A stretch of DNA of 35,624 nucleotides, taken from Verrucomicrobiota bacterium. GTDB lineage: Bacteria > Verrucomicrobiota > Verrucomicrobiia > Limisphaerales > CANJSG01. The stretch covers positions 1-35,624 of the forward strand of contig JBBQXJ010000049.1 of assembly GCA_038209745.1 (NCBI GenBank), read 5' to 3'. Below the pieces are notes generated by a model, which had not been told where the DNA came from, made no database searches, and worked only from the letters and a program-made list of their open reading frames with translations. A program made the translations under genes and the position numbers. Below are positions 1-8,327 of the stretch, piece by piece; the stretch's first letter is position 1; each line of letters begins with the position of its first letter.

Positions 1-225
1 GCTCCGAACTGACACCAGTTTTGACACCGGATGGATGTCCCGAGTAGTGGGCGAGTTTTGACCGAATAGTCTGGAAAACCCAATGGAATCAGGCTATTTT
101 CTAACCGTTGATGGCCTTTCGATGCCCCAAGAATGACCGGCGGGAGCCGTCGCCCTACCCTCTATCCGCGTTCAACCAGTCCTGACCGGTCGCAACCAAA
201 TCCGGAGCATTGCCCCCACCTCTCC

Positions 226-254
226 AAAGTGTCCACCAATCCAAATCAGGCCCA
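226..254. mobile_element. Probable solitary IS3-family terminal inverted repeat (right end)
   Basis: AAAGTGTCCACCAATCCAAATCAGGCCCA; the reverse complement starts TG and contains GTGGACAC, the usual layout of IS3-family ends. No partner end or transposase in the window. Confidence 0.45.
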
Positions 255-401
255 GACGTCGAAACCCGAAAGACCTATCAGCTCCAAGCCTCGCCGGACC
301 CCACACCTTGGACGAATTTCGGTGGGGCCTTCAACGCGACGGTTCCCGGCTACACCTACGACGGAAAGGTGGCCGCCAGCTATGACTCTCTCCGTGTCCA
401 A
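255..401 (+). pseudogene. Orphan fragment resembling the C-terminal tail of a secreted protein
   Basis: Reads DVETRKTYQLQASPDPTPWTNFGG...LRVQ directly after the IS-like end. Resembles the YQLQxSxDLxxWT tail seen in verrucomicrobial secreted proteins. No own start codon. Confidence 0.35.
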
Positions 402-821
402 GCCGGAACGAGGCAGTGGAGATGGTGGAGCGCGCCCGCCCAGGGCGCAGTGGACCGCGCCCTCGCGGTCCATCGGAGGCGCAAGAAACGATTCACCGCC
501 TGGTGGGTCCGGACGCGTCCGGATCCGCTGCGGGGCGCGCCGGACGGCAGCCGAGGCGGCTGCGATCCCCATTCATTTCCACTGCATCGTCCCATGTCCA
601 AGAGATCGCAAATACTTGATCTCCAAACCCCAAAGAGCGGCGTAGCAGCGCACGCAATCCAACGCGCTGACGCGTGGACCTGGCGCGTTCGGATTTCGAA
701 AGGTCTCGGACTGGTGGCTCTATTGGAAAGGCGGACAGGAACCGGTTGTGGACCGCCGAATCGCGCTGGCGCTAGAGGAAAAGATCGGCAACTTCAATTC
801 TGTTTAGAAAGGCATCACAAT

Positions 822-1604
822 ATGAAAATTGGAACCCGAACAACGAAACTTCTCGTCGTCCTCCTATTGGCCAGCGCCAGCGCACGCGGCGCCGGTTTTC
901 TCGACTTTTTCGACAAGAAACCCACCACCAACGCGACTGCATCGGCATTGTCCTCGCTCTCCGGTCTCAGCGAAGACCAGATCGTGGGCGGACTCAAGGA
1001 GGCGTTGGGCAAGGGCGTGCAGCAGGCCGTGGCCAAGCTGGGCCAGTCGGGCGGCTTTCTCGAAGACCTGAACGTCAAAATTCCTATGCCGGCGAATCTC
1101 CAAAAAGTGGAGAAGACCCTGCGCAAGCTCCACCAAGACGGGTTGGCGGACGAGTTCGTGACCACGATGAACCGCGCGGCCGAACAGGCCGTTCCCGAGG
1201 CTGCCGCCGTGCTCGGCGATTCCGTGAAGCAGATGTCCATCGCGGACGCCAAGTCCATTCTCGTCGGCACCAACAACGCCGCGACCGAATACTTCCGTCG
1301 AACGAGTGGGACCGACCTCCAAGCCCGGCTGCTTCCCATCGTCAAGGCCGCCACGGAAAAGGCGGGCGTCACCTCGGCCTACAAGCGGATGACCGACAAA
1401 GCCGGCGGCGCTCTGGGCGGTCTCGGTGGACTTGGCAGCAGCCTGCTCGGCGTCGAAGCACCCGATCTCGACGGCTACATCACCAGCAAGGCTCTCGACG
1501 GCTTGTTCCTGAAGATTGCCGAGCAGGAGAAGATGATTCGGGACAACCCTGTGGCCAGGACTACCGACCTCCTCCAAAAGGTCTTCGGCGCGGTCGCCAA
1601 ATGA
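822..1604 (+). CDS. DUF4197 family exported protein
   Basis: ATG at 822 gives a signal peptide (KLLVVLLLASASARGA). Motifs GLKEALGKG, MNRAAEQAVP, DAKSILVG..NAATEYF, KALDGLFLKIAEQEKMIRDNPVARTTDLLQKVFG. Confidence 0.88.
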   Translation: MKIGTRTTKLLVVLLLASASARGAGFLDFFDKKPTTNATASALSSLSGLSEDQIVGGLKEALGKGVQQAVAKLGQSGGFLEDLNVKIPMPANLQKVEKTLRKLHQDGLADEFVTTMNRAAEQAVPEAAAVLGDSVKQMSIADAKSILVGTNNAATEYFRRTSGTDLQARLLPIVKAATEKAGVTSAYKRMTDKAGGALGGLGGLGSSLLGVEAPDLDGYITSKALDGLFLKIAEQEKMIRDNPVARTTDLLQKVFGAVAK

Positions 1605-1698
1605 TCGAAACGCAAAAACACGCCCCGCACCCAACCGGGTTCCGTCGATCTCCCTCAACACGCACTGCTCTGGCTTGATTCACGGCGGAGCCTTCGCC

Positions 1699-1732
1699 AA
1701 CAAAGACGCCGCCGGAACGATCCAGCGGCGTC
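1699..1732 (-). terminator. Intrinsic terminator of the minus-strand lipoprotein operon
   Basis: Minus strand GACGCCGCTGGA-TCGT-TCCGGCGGCGTC (12-bp stem with one G-U) followed by TTTGTT, about 28 nt past the stop at 1760. Confidence 0.6.
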
Positions 1733-1759
1733 GCAACGTTGGGGCGCAATCAGACGCGG

Positions 1760-2368
1760 CTAGAAGCCGACGGCGGACTTATTGCCCTGCTTCACGATGG
1801 TCTCTTCACCTTCCCAGACCGCGAGGCCATCGGGTGTGGCGAGGCTCAACTGGAAGACGTAGCTGGACTCGCGCAGGCTGCCCTGCCGGACGAGGCTCTC
1901 GATGATCTTGCCGGAGAGGGTGTAGTCGGGGCCTTTGCGCAGCTTGTCGTTGCTGAGGAACTGCTGCTTGGCCTTGGACTCGGCGGCGAGAGGGTCTTCG
2001 GCGGGTCCGAGGCCGCCGGCGAGATCAGTGACGACCTTGCCGGTGTCCAGCAGCGCGGTGCGGATCTTCTTCACGAGCAGGTCGGTGTCGATCTGCTGGG
2101 AGGTGTTGTTCCGGATGTAGCTGATGGCGATGACGGTGCGGCCGTCGGGGCCGGTGCCGGTCAGCTTCCCGGGCGCGATCCACTTCGCGACCATCGAGTT
2201 GATCATCGTCTCGGCGGCACGGTTCCAGTCCTGGACGTTGATCTGGCCGACGTTGCTGATCGTGCGGTTGCCCGAGGACTCGACGTAGGTGGCCCGCGGG
2301 GTAGAGCAGCCGACGGCGAGCGTCACGGCGGCCGCTGCGAGCAGGGAGGAGGTTTTCATGGGATTCAT
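1760..2368 (-). CDS. LpoB-like (penicillin-binding protein activator family) lipoprotein
   Basis: Lipobox LAVGC; IRNNTSQQIDTDLL, DYTLSGKI, YVFQLSL...GLAVW match the LpoB/COG3417 family. Start may be 2359. Confidence 0.8.
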   Translation of the reverse strand: MNPMKTSSLLAAAAVTLAVGCSTPRATYVESSGNRTISNVGQINVQDWNRAAETMINSMVAKWIAPGKLTGTGPDGRTVIAISYIRNNTSQQIDTDLLVKKIRTALLDTGKVVTDLAGGLGPAEDPLAAESKAKQQFLSNDKLRKGPDYTLSGKIIESLVRQGSLRESSYVFQLSLATPDGLAVWEGEETIVKQGNKSAVGF

Positions 2369-2387
2369 GGTCGTGGAAAGGAGCGGA

Positions 2388-2813
2388 TCAATGGGTGTTT
2401 TCGTAGAGCTTCAGGCGGAAGTCGCGCGCGTTGCCCACAGGCGCGATGCCGGTGAGGAAGAGCGTTTCCTTGCCTTCGATCTGCCGGGACAGGACGACGG
2501 ACGTGGGACCGCCGACAACCAGGCCGTTCTCGTCGAACCATTCGAACTTGTAGCCGAACTTCTGCACGGAGGACGTGTTGTTGCGCAGCTCCACCTGGAC
2601 CCGGAGGAAGCCGCCGGGGGTCATGGCATTGTTCACCCCGAGGATCTGGACCTTGCGGGCCAGGGTCGAATCGGTGATGACGCGTTTTTCGTCGACCATG
2701 TTGCGCTGGTAGGACGGTTGGGCGTTCTCGGTGGAGTTGACCGTGGTGCTGCATCCGGTGAGGCCGGCCAGACCGAGCAAACCGGCCGCGAGGAGCAGGA
2801 GGATGGGTTTCAT
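2388..2813 (-). CDS. YcfL/DUF1425-like lipoprotein
   Basis: ATG at 2813 overlaps the upstream stop (2810-2813); lipobox LTGC; LRVQVELRN...YKFEWFDENG motif; 141 aa. Confidence 0.8.
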   Translation of the reverse strand: MKPILLLLAAGLLGLAGLTGCSTTVNSTENAQPSYQRNMVDEKRVITDSTLARKVQILGVNNAMTPGGFLRVQVELRNNTSSVQKFGYKFEWFDENGLVVGGPTSVVLSRQIEGKETLFLTGIAPVGNARDFRLKLYENTH

Positions 2814-4243
2814 TTCAGTTTGATGTGCTGGACCAGCAGCGGGGCCGCCGGGCTGACGGACTTGACGAAGATGAGGTTCGTGGAATTCGGCTCCAGTGCA
2901 AGCGGCGCCTGTTGGCCGTTCGAGGTCCGGATCGTGATCGATCCGCCGGCGCCCGTGGGAAAGGAGCAGTATTGGAACTCCTTCGGCAACGTGGTCCATG
3001 TGCGGGTGTCGGCGATGTTCACCGCGATCTGAAAGGCGGAAGTCGCCACCTTCATCAAGAGGCCGGCGAGGTCGTTTTGCCGACCCACGGACTTGTTGGC
3101 GAAGTAGGAGGCGGTGGCCTTGATCGTCGTGGAGAGCAGGGTCTTGGTGATGATGGAGGGCAGCTCGTTCTGGAAGGCCTGGCCGACGACGCTGTCCATG
3201 CTGGAGACCAGCACCGTGGTCTCGGCGGTGCCGCCGTGTTCGACCGAAAGCGAGCGCACGTAGTCGCGGTCGAACTCCAGCGTGGGAAAGGCCGCTCCGA
3301 CGTAGGGCAGGTTGCCGTCGCTGACGAAGAAGATCGGAATATCGAGGCGGAACTGGTTCCGCTTGGGCGCGCAACCCGTCTCGAAGACGACGTAGGTGCG
3401 GGGCTGGACCGGCTCGCCCCGGGCATACTTCTCGGCCAACTCGATGTCGGCCCGCGTGTATTTGTTGTCTCCGGAAAGGCCCACCAGTCGCTCAAAGGAT
3501 TTGCGCGAGCGCTCTAGATCCGAGGAGTCCCCGGCGAACTGGAGAAAGTAGAACCCGTCGAGAAAGACGGAGAAGGGATTGACGTAGTCGGCGTAGCCTT
3601 TGAGCAATTCGACCTGCGCGTATTGATTTTTGAGACCGGTGGTGACCGCCGGATCCTGCTTCGCCTTTTCGACGCTTTCATACTCCTGTTTCTTGTCGCT
3701 CGAAGCCGCCGCGATCTCCCCGTTCTCCTTTTCGATCCGCCTCTTGTTCGCCTCCACCGCCTCCTGCTGGCGCCGGTAGGCGCGGATGACCTCGGGCCGC
3801 GCCTTGTCCACCTCGCCCAGCTGGAGGTAGTTAAACGCCTGGTAGGTGCTGAGCATGACCTTGTCATACTCGCGGCTGCCGTAGGGCAGATTTGCCTGGT
3901 TGGAAAGGAGCGCGCCGGTCTCCCGGCTGACGCTCACCTTCGCCTTCTCGTCATAGTCGTCGATCAGCCGGGCCGCTCGGCTGAAGGCGACGATGCTGTT
4001 GCTATAATCCCCGGCGGCGCGGAGCGCGGTGGCTTCTTCCAGGCGCCAGATCACGGCGTCCTTGCCCCCCTCGTTCTTGTCTGCCTTTTCGCCATACTCG
4101 CGGGCCGCAGCCGCGAAGGCCCCCGACTTCCAGGTGCCGGCGGCTTTGTTCTGCTGCTGGTAGGTCTGGCAACCGGTGAGAACCACGACCCCGAGAGCGG
4201 CCAAGGCGAGAAGGCGGACCATCGGGGCAAATTGCGGAATCAT
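2810..4243 (-). CDS. COG3014-like TPR-type lipoprotein
   Basis: Lipobox VLTGC; helical N-terminal half (YDKVMLSTYQAFNYLQLGEVDKAR); VVFETGCAPKR; ADTRTWTTLP near the C-terminus. Confidence 0.78.
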   Translation of the reverse strand: MIPQFAPMVRLLALAALGVVVLTGCQTYQQQNKAAGTWKSGAFAAAAREYGEKADKNEGGKDAVIWRLEEATALRAAGDYSNSIVAFSRAARLIDDYDEKAKVSVSRETGALLSNQANLPYGSREYDKVMLSTYQAFNYLQLGEVDKARPEVIRAYRRQQEAVEANKRRIEKENGEIAAASSDKKQEYESVEKAKQDPAVTTGLKNQYAQVELLKGYADYVNPFSVFLDGFYFLQFAGDSSDLERSRKSFERLVGLSGDNKYTRADIELAEKYARGEPVQPRTYVVFETGCAPKRNQFRLDIPIFFVSDGNLPYVGAAFPTLEFDRDYVRSLSVEHGGTAETTVLVSSMDSVVGQAFQNELPSIITKTLLSTTIKATASYFANKSVGRQNDLAGLLMKVATSAFQIAVNIADTRTWTTLPKEFQYCSFPTGAGGSITIRTSNGQQAPLALEPNSTNLIFVKSVSPAAPLLVQHIKLK

Positions 4244-4303
4244 TGAGCGTGGCTTCCGGCGAATCGGCGGGGCGGACTCTCGGTTCGTGATCTTGCAGAA
4301 AGC

Positions 4304-5176
4304 CTACTTGCGGAGGATCGCGCCCTTGTCGACGCCCAGATCCTCGATCACTTCGGCTTTGGAGAATTTCGGCAGCACGTCGGTGATCTTGATCCTGCCG
4401 ACGGCGACTTCTTCGCGGCCCAGCACCTCCTTGGTGTCCGGATCGACCATCTGCTCGCCGACGGCGAAGACGCGCCAGACCTGGCCGACCATGATTCCGG
4501 TGCCGTCGCCCCGGTTGATGGTCACGACCTTGTCCGTCTTGGCGATGACTTTGGCCGGATAGATGACGTCCACCACGCGGCTCCCGATCCAATCGGCGCT
4601 TTCCTTGACCACGGCGCGCAGCAGGGCGTCGGTCGATTCGGCGTCGTTGCCGGCTTCGTTCGTGGACTCCTTCGCATCGGTCTTGGAGATGGTGTTCGCG
4701 GCGGACTCAAGGAGCTTCCCGGACGACGCCTCGTAGATCTTGGCGATGAGGGACAGGCGGACCGTGCGCTTGACGATGGTGGTGTTGGCAACCTTCTGCA
4801 CGAGCCGCTCGGTCTGGTCCTCGAAGTCGTCGATGGAGGTCACCAGGAGGTATTTCGCCTCCGACAGGTTGAAGCCCTTGACCTTGTCGACGCTGAGGGT
4901 GGAGGTGCGTTCGTCGTCTTTCACCAGATCCGCAAGATCGGCGCGGGAGACGATCTGGAACTTGCGGGTGGCGTTCAGCACGTCTACCTGCTGCTCCGCG
5001 AGCGACTGGGAGATCTGGTCGAGCGACGCTTTCTTGCCGGTCCGGGCGAGCTTTTCGGCGATGGCCGGGAGCGGCTTCACGGGGAGCACGCCGAGCGTGT
5101 CGCGCTGGGCGTAGGTGGTGGAGACCCCGGTCAACAGAGCGGCGGCGACGAGGAGGCGGCGGAACAGCGGTTTCAT
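4304..5176 (-). CDS. CsgG/TolB-N-like exported protein with FlgT-C-like beta domain
   Basis: Signal peptide ending TTYA; TRKFQIVSRADL and AKYLLVTSI (CsgG-like); C-terminal VTINRGDGTGI...VDPDTKEVLG...GRIKITDV. Confidence 0.7.
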   Translation of the reverse strand: MKPLFRRLLVAAALLTGVSTTYAQRDTLGVLPVKPLPAIAEKLARTGKKASLDQISQSLAEQQVDVLNATRKFQIVSRADLADLVKDDERTSTLSVDKVKGFNLSEAKYLLVTSIDDFEDQTERLVQKVANTTIVKRTVRLSLIAKIYEASSGKLLESAANTISKTDAKESTNEAGNDAESTDALLRAVVKESADWIGSRVVDVIYPAKVIAKTDKVVTINRGDGTGIMVGQVWRVFAVGEQMVDPDTKEVLGREEVAVGRIKITDVLPKFSKAEVIEDLGVDKGAILRK

Positions 5177-5213
5177 GGAAATCATCGGAAAAAATGGGAA
5201 AATCACGCGCGGT

Positions 5214-6353
5214 TCAGTTCTTCATGTTGTGCTGTTCCTGGATAGTGGCGCCGTCGTAGAGGGACTTGCCGTTGATCTCCACCCGATAGCCGCTCTGCTC
5301 GAGCATCTTGGCGAAACCGAGCATCTTCTGGACTTCGGCGTCGGTCAGCTTGCGGTCCTTTTCGATGGAGTTGAGGAACTGGATGTTGTCCTTCCACCGC
5401 TCATAGCCGGCTTCGCTCATGGCGAGGGAGACTTTCAGCTTCTGGTTCGGCACGACGTTGATGGTGCGTTCCCATGTGCTGAAACCTTCCCGGGTAAGGC
5501 GGAGTTTGTGCAGCCCCTTGCCCAGCTCGAAGGTGCCGGGAGCCGAGCCCATGACCACGCCGTCCATCTCGACCGTCACGTCGGAGAGAAGCAGCTCCAC
5601 ATTGGCGTTGCCCTGTTTGACCGTGCCGTCGTCCTTGAAACCGAGGTCGGGCAGCGTGATCGCTTGGCCGCTCAGGTCGGTGGCGCCACAAACGATGGTC
5701 ACCGGCACTTTCTTGGACTTGGTCACGTCCTGGGGCAGGGCCGCGACCTTCGCGGGAATCTTCTTCATGAGCTGCTCCACGCAGTCCTCGGCCAGCTTGT
5801 TGTAGAGTTCGGTCGACTCGACCTTGGTGCCGGGAACGGCCCGCTGGACGATGGACGCCTTGACGGTGTCGCCGGCCACTGCGCCGCCTTCGCCGGCTTC
5901 GAGCAACTTGTAGCCGACGCGCATGGTATAGATTTTTTGGCGCACATTGAGCAACTCGTCCTTGAAATTACGATCCTCGACTCCGACCGACGAAAGGGAC
6001 GCGAGCAGGATGAAATCGACGTCGAGGTTCTGCGCCAATCGAACCGCGGAGGACTGCTGGCCGAGAGCCGTGTCGAGGTCGGTCCCGATCTTGTTCTTGT
6101 CCAGCGCGTCGGTCACCGCTTGGCGGCTGAGGAGCTTGATCCCCTGCCCGGCCGCCTTGCCCCCGAGCATGTCCTCGATGAGGGACGCCGTGGCGTCGTA
6201 GTCGGACCCGGCGCGGTTCTGGACGAGGATGGCGCCCCGGCGCAACGGGGTCTCCGGGACTTCGGCTGCAGCCGCCCGGCCCCAGCCGATCAAGAGGACG
6301 GCGGCGAGCAGGAGACCGCGAACCAATCGATTGGAAGCGAGGGTTGGGAGCAT
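5214..6353 (-). CDS. Exported PEGA-domain protein
   Basis: Signal peptide (GLLLAAVLLIGWGRAAAA); PEGA motif VEMDGVVMGSAPGTFELGKGLHKLRLTREGFSTWERTINV. Start could be 6371. Confidence 0.75.
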   Translation of the reverse strand: MLPTLASNRLVRGLLLAAVLLIGWGRAAAAEVPETPLRRGAILVQNRAGSDYDATASLIEDMLGGKAAGQGIKLLSRQAVTDALDKNKIGTDLDTALGQQSSAVRLAQNLDVDFILLASLSSVGVEDRNFKDELLNVRQKIYTMRVGYKLLEAGEGGAVAGDTVKASIVQRAVPGTKVESTELYNKLAEDCVEQLMKKIPAKVAALPQDVTKSKKVPVTIVCGATDLSGQAITLPDLGFKDDGTVKQGNANVELLLSDVTVEMDGVVMGSAPGTFELGKGLHKLRLTREGFSTWERTINVVPNQKLKVSLAMSEAGYERWKDNIQFLNSIEKDRKLTDAEVQKMLGFAKMLEQSGYRVEINGKSLYDGATIQEQHNMKN

Positions 6354-6491
6354 TGAATTCGGAAAAGTCATGGCACCGATTGGCTGGGAGGATTTGCGTT
6401 TTTTGGGTTCGCAGCCGGCCACGAACCGAAGTGATACATCCGATGCGTTGGCGGCCTCGTCAACGCCATTTCCGGAAGCCGGACCCAAGGA

Positions 6492-7253
6492 TCAGCTCCG
6501 GCGAACCTCGCCGCCACGCTGTCTCGCCAACAGATCGACCGTGTCCCGCCCAAGGCAAATGGCCACGTCGCCGCGCAGTTCGGGTAGCCGAAGCAAGCGC
6601 CGCCCGTTGCGCGCCGACTGCAGGGCCCCCGGCAGATCGGACTGATGCCGAAGGTAGATCTGGCGGGCGATCTGGGCGGAATCGGCCACGGCCCCTTCCT
6701 CGAATCGGCTCCACACCAAATCCGCCAACGCCCCTGCCGCCAGCGTGTCTTCGAACGACGCCTCTTCGTAGGTGCCGGAGCACACGAGGATCAGGTGCCG
6801 CGATTTCGATTCTCCGGCGGCGTTTAAGTGGTTCGCCACCGTTCCGAGATTGAGGAACGCACCGACCAGCACTTCCGCCGCACCCGCGCAGGCCTGCAAG
6901 GCGCGGGTGCCATTGGTCGTGGTCATGATCAGGGTCCGCCCCGCCACGCGTTCGCGGGTGAATTCCCGGGGAGAATTCCCGCAGTCGAAATCGATGCCGC
7001 CCGTCAGTTCGGGGCCGATCTTAACGCCATGCCGTTCGCCGGCGAGCAATGCCGCGGGCCGGCGCCTCTTTGCTGCCAGGGCTTCCGGGATGTCGTTCAC
7101 CGGCACGATCGCCTCAGCGCCGTTGGCCAGCGCGGTGACCATCGAGGAGGTGGCGCGAAGGATGTCGAAGACGACGCACACCGTCTCCGAAAGGTCACGC
7201 TGGCGCAGGGCGGCGAACTCGGCGGGGCTGAAGAGAACTTCGAGGGATTTCAT
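6492..7253 (-). CDS. comB: 2-phosphosulfolactate phosphatase family protein
   Basis: VVFDILRATSSM, LAGERHG, GNSPRE, MTTTNGTRAL, EDTLAAG motifs; ATG at 7253. Confidence 0.92.
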   Translation of the reverse strand: MKSLEVLFSPAEFAALRQRDLSETVCVVFDILRATSSMVTALANGAEAIVPVNDIPEALAAKRRRPAALLAGERHGVKIGPELTGGIDFDCGNSPREFTRERVAGRTLIMTTTNGTRALQACAGAAEVLVGAFLNLGTVANHLNAAGESKSRHLILVCSGTYEEASFEDTLAAGALADLVWSRFEEGAVADSAQIARQIYLRHQSDLPGALQSARNGRRLLRLPELRGDVAICLGRDTVDLLARQRGGEVRRS

Positions 7254-7366
7254 CGGGGCCGCGATGCGACACCACCCGGACTTCCCCGCCAAGCCGATAG
7301 TCCTTCGACAAGGATCCTCACTTTCCGCTTTGCACGCCGCCGCCGTTTCCTAGTCTCCGCGCAGAC

Positions 7367-8308
7367 ATGAAGAACATCCTGGTCACCGGCGGCGCCGGTT
7401 TCATCGGTTCGAACCTGACCCTGAAGCTCCAAGAGCTGCATCCCGACGCGCGCATCGTGGTGGTGGACGATTTCCGTTCCGGCGACTTCAAGACGCTGCG
7501 CGGATTCAAGGGCGACTTCGTCACCGCCGACGTTTCCCGGCTCGACTGGCAGAAGCAGTTCAAGGATCTGGTTTTCGACGCCATCTTCCACGAAGCCTCG
7601 ATCACCGACACCACGGTCCATGACCAGTTCCTCCAGAGCCACGACAACATCGAGGGCTTCCGCAAGCTGCTGGACTTCGCCGCGCCGCACCAGACGCCGA
7701 TCGTCTACGCCTCCTCCGCCGCCACCTATGGCATGTCCGCCCAGGCCGAAGTGAACCGCGAGGACCAGCCCCCCGCCCCGGCCAACATCTACGCCTTCTC
7801 CAAGGTGCAGCTCGACAACCTGGGACGCGCCTACGCGAAGCGGCTTCCCGGCTGGAAGATTGTCGGCCTGCGCTACTTCAACGTCTACGGACCGCGCGAG
7901 CCGCACAAGAAGGCGGCCGCGAGCATGATCTACCAGCTCTACACCCAGATGAAGGCCGGCAAGCGGCCGCGCGTCTTCCGCGCCGGCGAGCACAAGCGCG
8001 ACTTCGTCTACGTGAAGGATGTCGTGGCGCTCACCATCCGGGCCGCCACCGCTCCCGCCAGCGCGATCTACAATTGCGGTTCCGGCGTCGCCGTGTCGTT
8101 CAACGAGGTCATCGCCGAGTTGAACAAGTGTCTCGGCACGAACCTTGAGGCCGACTACATCGACAATCCCTACGGAAGCTTCTACCAGCCCCACACCGAG
8201 GCCGACATGTCCAAGGCGAAGGCCGAGCTGAACCACGTCCAGGCCTTCCCGCCGTCGAAGGGCATTCCCGACTACGTCAGCATTCTTGAAGGCAAACAGC
8301 CCGCGTGA
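7367..8308 (+). CDS. rfaD: ADP-L-glycero-D-manno-heptose 6-epimerase
   Basis: VTGGAGFIGSNL, YASSAATYG, NIYAFSK (YxxxK), LRYFNVYGPREPHK, KRDFVYVKDV. Confidence 0.9.
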   Translation: MKNILVTGGAGFIGSNLTLKLQELHPDARIVVVDDFRSGDFKTLRGFKGDFVTADVSRLDWQKQFKDLVFDAIFHEASITDTTVHDQFLQSHDNIEGFRKLLDFAAPHQTPIVYASSAATYGMSAQAEVNREDQPPAPANIYAFSKVQLDNLGRAYAKRLPGWKIVGLRYFNVYGPREPHKKAAASMIYQLYTQMKAGKRPRVFRAGEHKRDFVYVKDVVALTIRAATAPASAIYNCGSGVAVSFNEVIAELNKCLGTNLEADYIDNPYGSFYQPHTEADMSKAKAELNHVQAFPPSKGIPDYVSILEGKQPA

Positions 8309-8327
8309 TCGCCGCCTCTTCCCCAAC

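Noticed and set aside
210..821. N-terminal extension of the DUF4197 protein
   Set aside because: It crosses an IS-like end and hairpin-rich DNA, and the signal peptide starts at 822.
6492..7253. Coenzyme M biosynthesis
   Set aside because: comB-family genes are widespread on their own; no comA, comC, comD or comE in the window.
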